From NCBI GenBank assembly GCA_013265495.1, contig MU057576.1:96982-160981 (forward strand): DNA of 64,000 bases, in the 5' to 3' direction. The DNA comes from Vicugna vicugna. Its lineage: Eukaryota. This document shows, piece by piece, positions 63,372-64,000 of this stretch (within the stretch, counting starts at the first letter, position 1; each line of letters starts with the position of its first letter). A model generated the notes under the pieces. That model did not search any database, had not been told where the DNA came from, and saw only the letters and a program-made list of their open reading frames with translations. The position numbers were made by a program, and so were the translations under genes.

Positions 63372-63766
63372 TGTGAATAAAAAATATTGCCTGCCATAGC
63401 AGTAAACAAAGGGCACTGCAGACATCAGCCGTCAGCCACTAACTTCGCCAGCCTGATAATCAGGATGGTTCTCAGGATGGAGATAAGCAGGCCACCTGCT
63501 GCCAAGCCCTCAGCCACTGCAGCCACCGCCAACAGTGCTCCCTGTGGAGACTCAGGATGGGGGATACAGGATACAGGTGCTGGCGCATCTCTTACCTGGT
63601 CTTTGTCCTCAAAACTCCTATATACCCTGGCTCCTCCCCGCCCTCAGAGCCATCTGAGAGGCTGTATCTCAGGCTTAACTCCCCAGAAATGTCCACTAAA
63701 TAAAACATAATTCTAAACTTTTAGGTTGTACAACTTTTAGGTTGCACATTTTTCTTTCAGTTGACA
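63372..63766 (+). mobile_element. ERV1-type solo LTR, family A, internally deleted
   Basis: tgtgaataaaaaatattgcc...cagttgaca; lacks the central aatgatttcaatgagcccag block; short tandem duplication aacttttaggttg near the 3' end. Confidence 0.85.
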
Positions 63767-63915
63767 ACCCACTGCTGTGTGTTAGGCTCTAGTGATATGG
63801 GTAGAAATAAAGACAACTTCTCTTCCCCCATGGTGTTTATAGCGTGATGGAGGACACAGACCCTCAGCAAATGATTCAATGAGCAATACCAACGGCTGGA
63901 AGAGAGATGGATACA

Positions 63916-64000
63916 ATGCTCGCTTCAGCAGCACATATACTAAAATTGGCACGACACAGAGAGATGAACGTGGCCCCTGCACAAGGATTACACACAAATT
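63916..64000 (+). pseudogene. U6 snRNA retro-pseudogene, cut by the window edge
   Basis: atgctcgcttcagcagcacatatactaaaattggcacgacacagagagatgaacgtggcccctgcacaaggattacacacaaatt aligns to U6 nt 1-86 with about 11 differences. The catalytic AGC triad reads AAC and there is no upstream TATA. Confidence 0.92.

Noticed and set aside
63916..64000. Functional U6 snRNA gene
   Set aside because: About 11 differences including the AGC triad, and no TATA/PSE-like upstream promoter; treated as a pseudogene.
1..64000. CRISPR array, operon or other prokaryote-type system; contamination
   Set aside because: No regularly spaced repeats or dense ORFs; the whole window is consistent with mammalian DNA.

Overview
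Repeat-rich mammalian genomic DNA, most likely a camelid (inferred from four tRNA-Ala-derived Vic-1-type SINEs and the young L1 3' UTRs). It holds one recognisable protein-coding gene: POLE4 (histone-fold subunit 4 of DNA polymerase epsilon) on the minus strand. Four GT-AG exons (50816-50610, 50039-49955, 49276-49235, 38886-38873) give a 348-nt CDS and a 115-aa protein, with a CpG-island promoter at about 50.2-51.1 kb. By eye, well over half of the window is interspersed repeats: old and young L1, L2, MIR, MaLR/ERVL/ERV1 solo LTRs and hAT-Charlie MERs. A U6 snRNA pseudogene runs off the right edge. Nearly all other ORFs in the track are spurious or L1 fragments. I found no convincing new protein-based system. 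The best leads are: (1) exon-like units with strong splice signals on the POLE4 strand, 1.5-36 kb past its last exon, suggesting alternative or read-through 3' splicing; (2) a competing exon-2 donor; (3) a MER41-like LTR carrying a STAT GAS site; (4) a cluster of five solo LTRs in 4.4 kb upstream of POLE4; (5) unusual retrotransposition products (a chimeric poly(A) retrocopy, a twin-primed L1, clustered L1 breakpoints). Repeat family names come from visual recognition, not a database search, and boundaries without TSDs are approximate.
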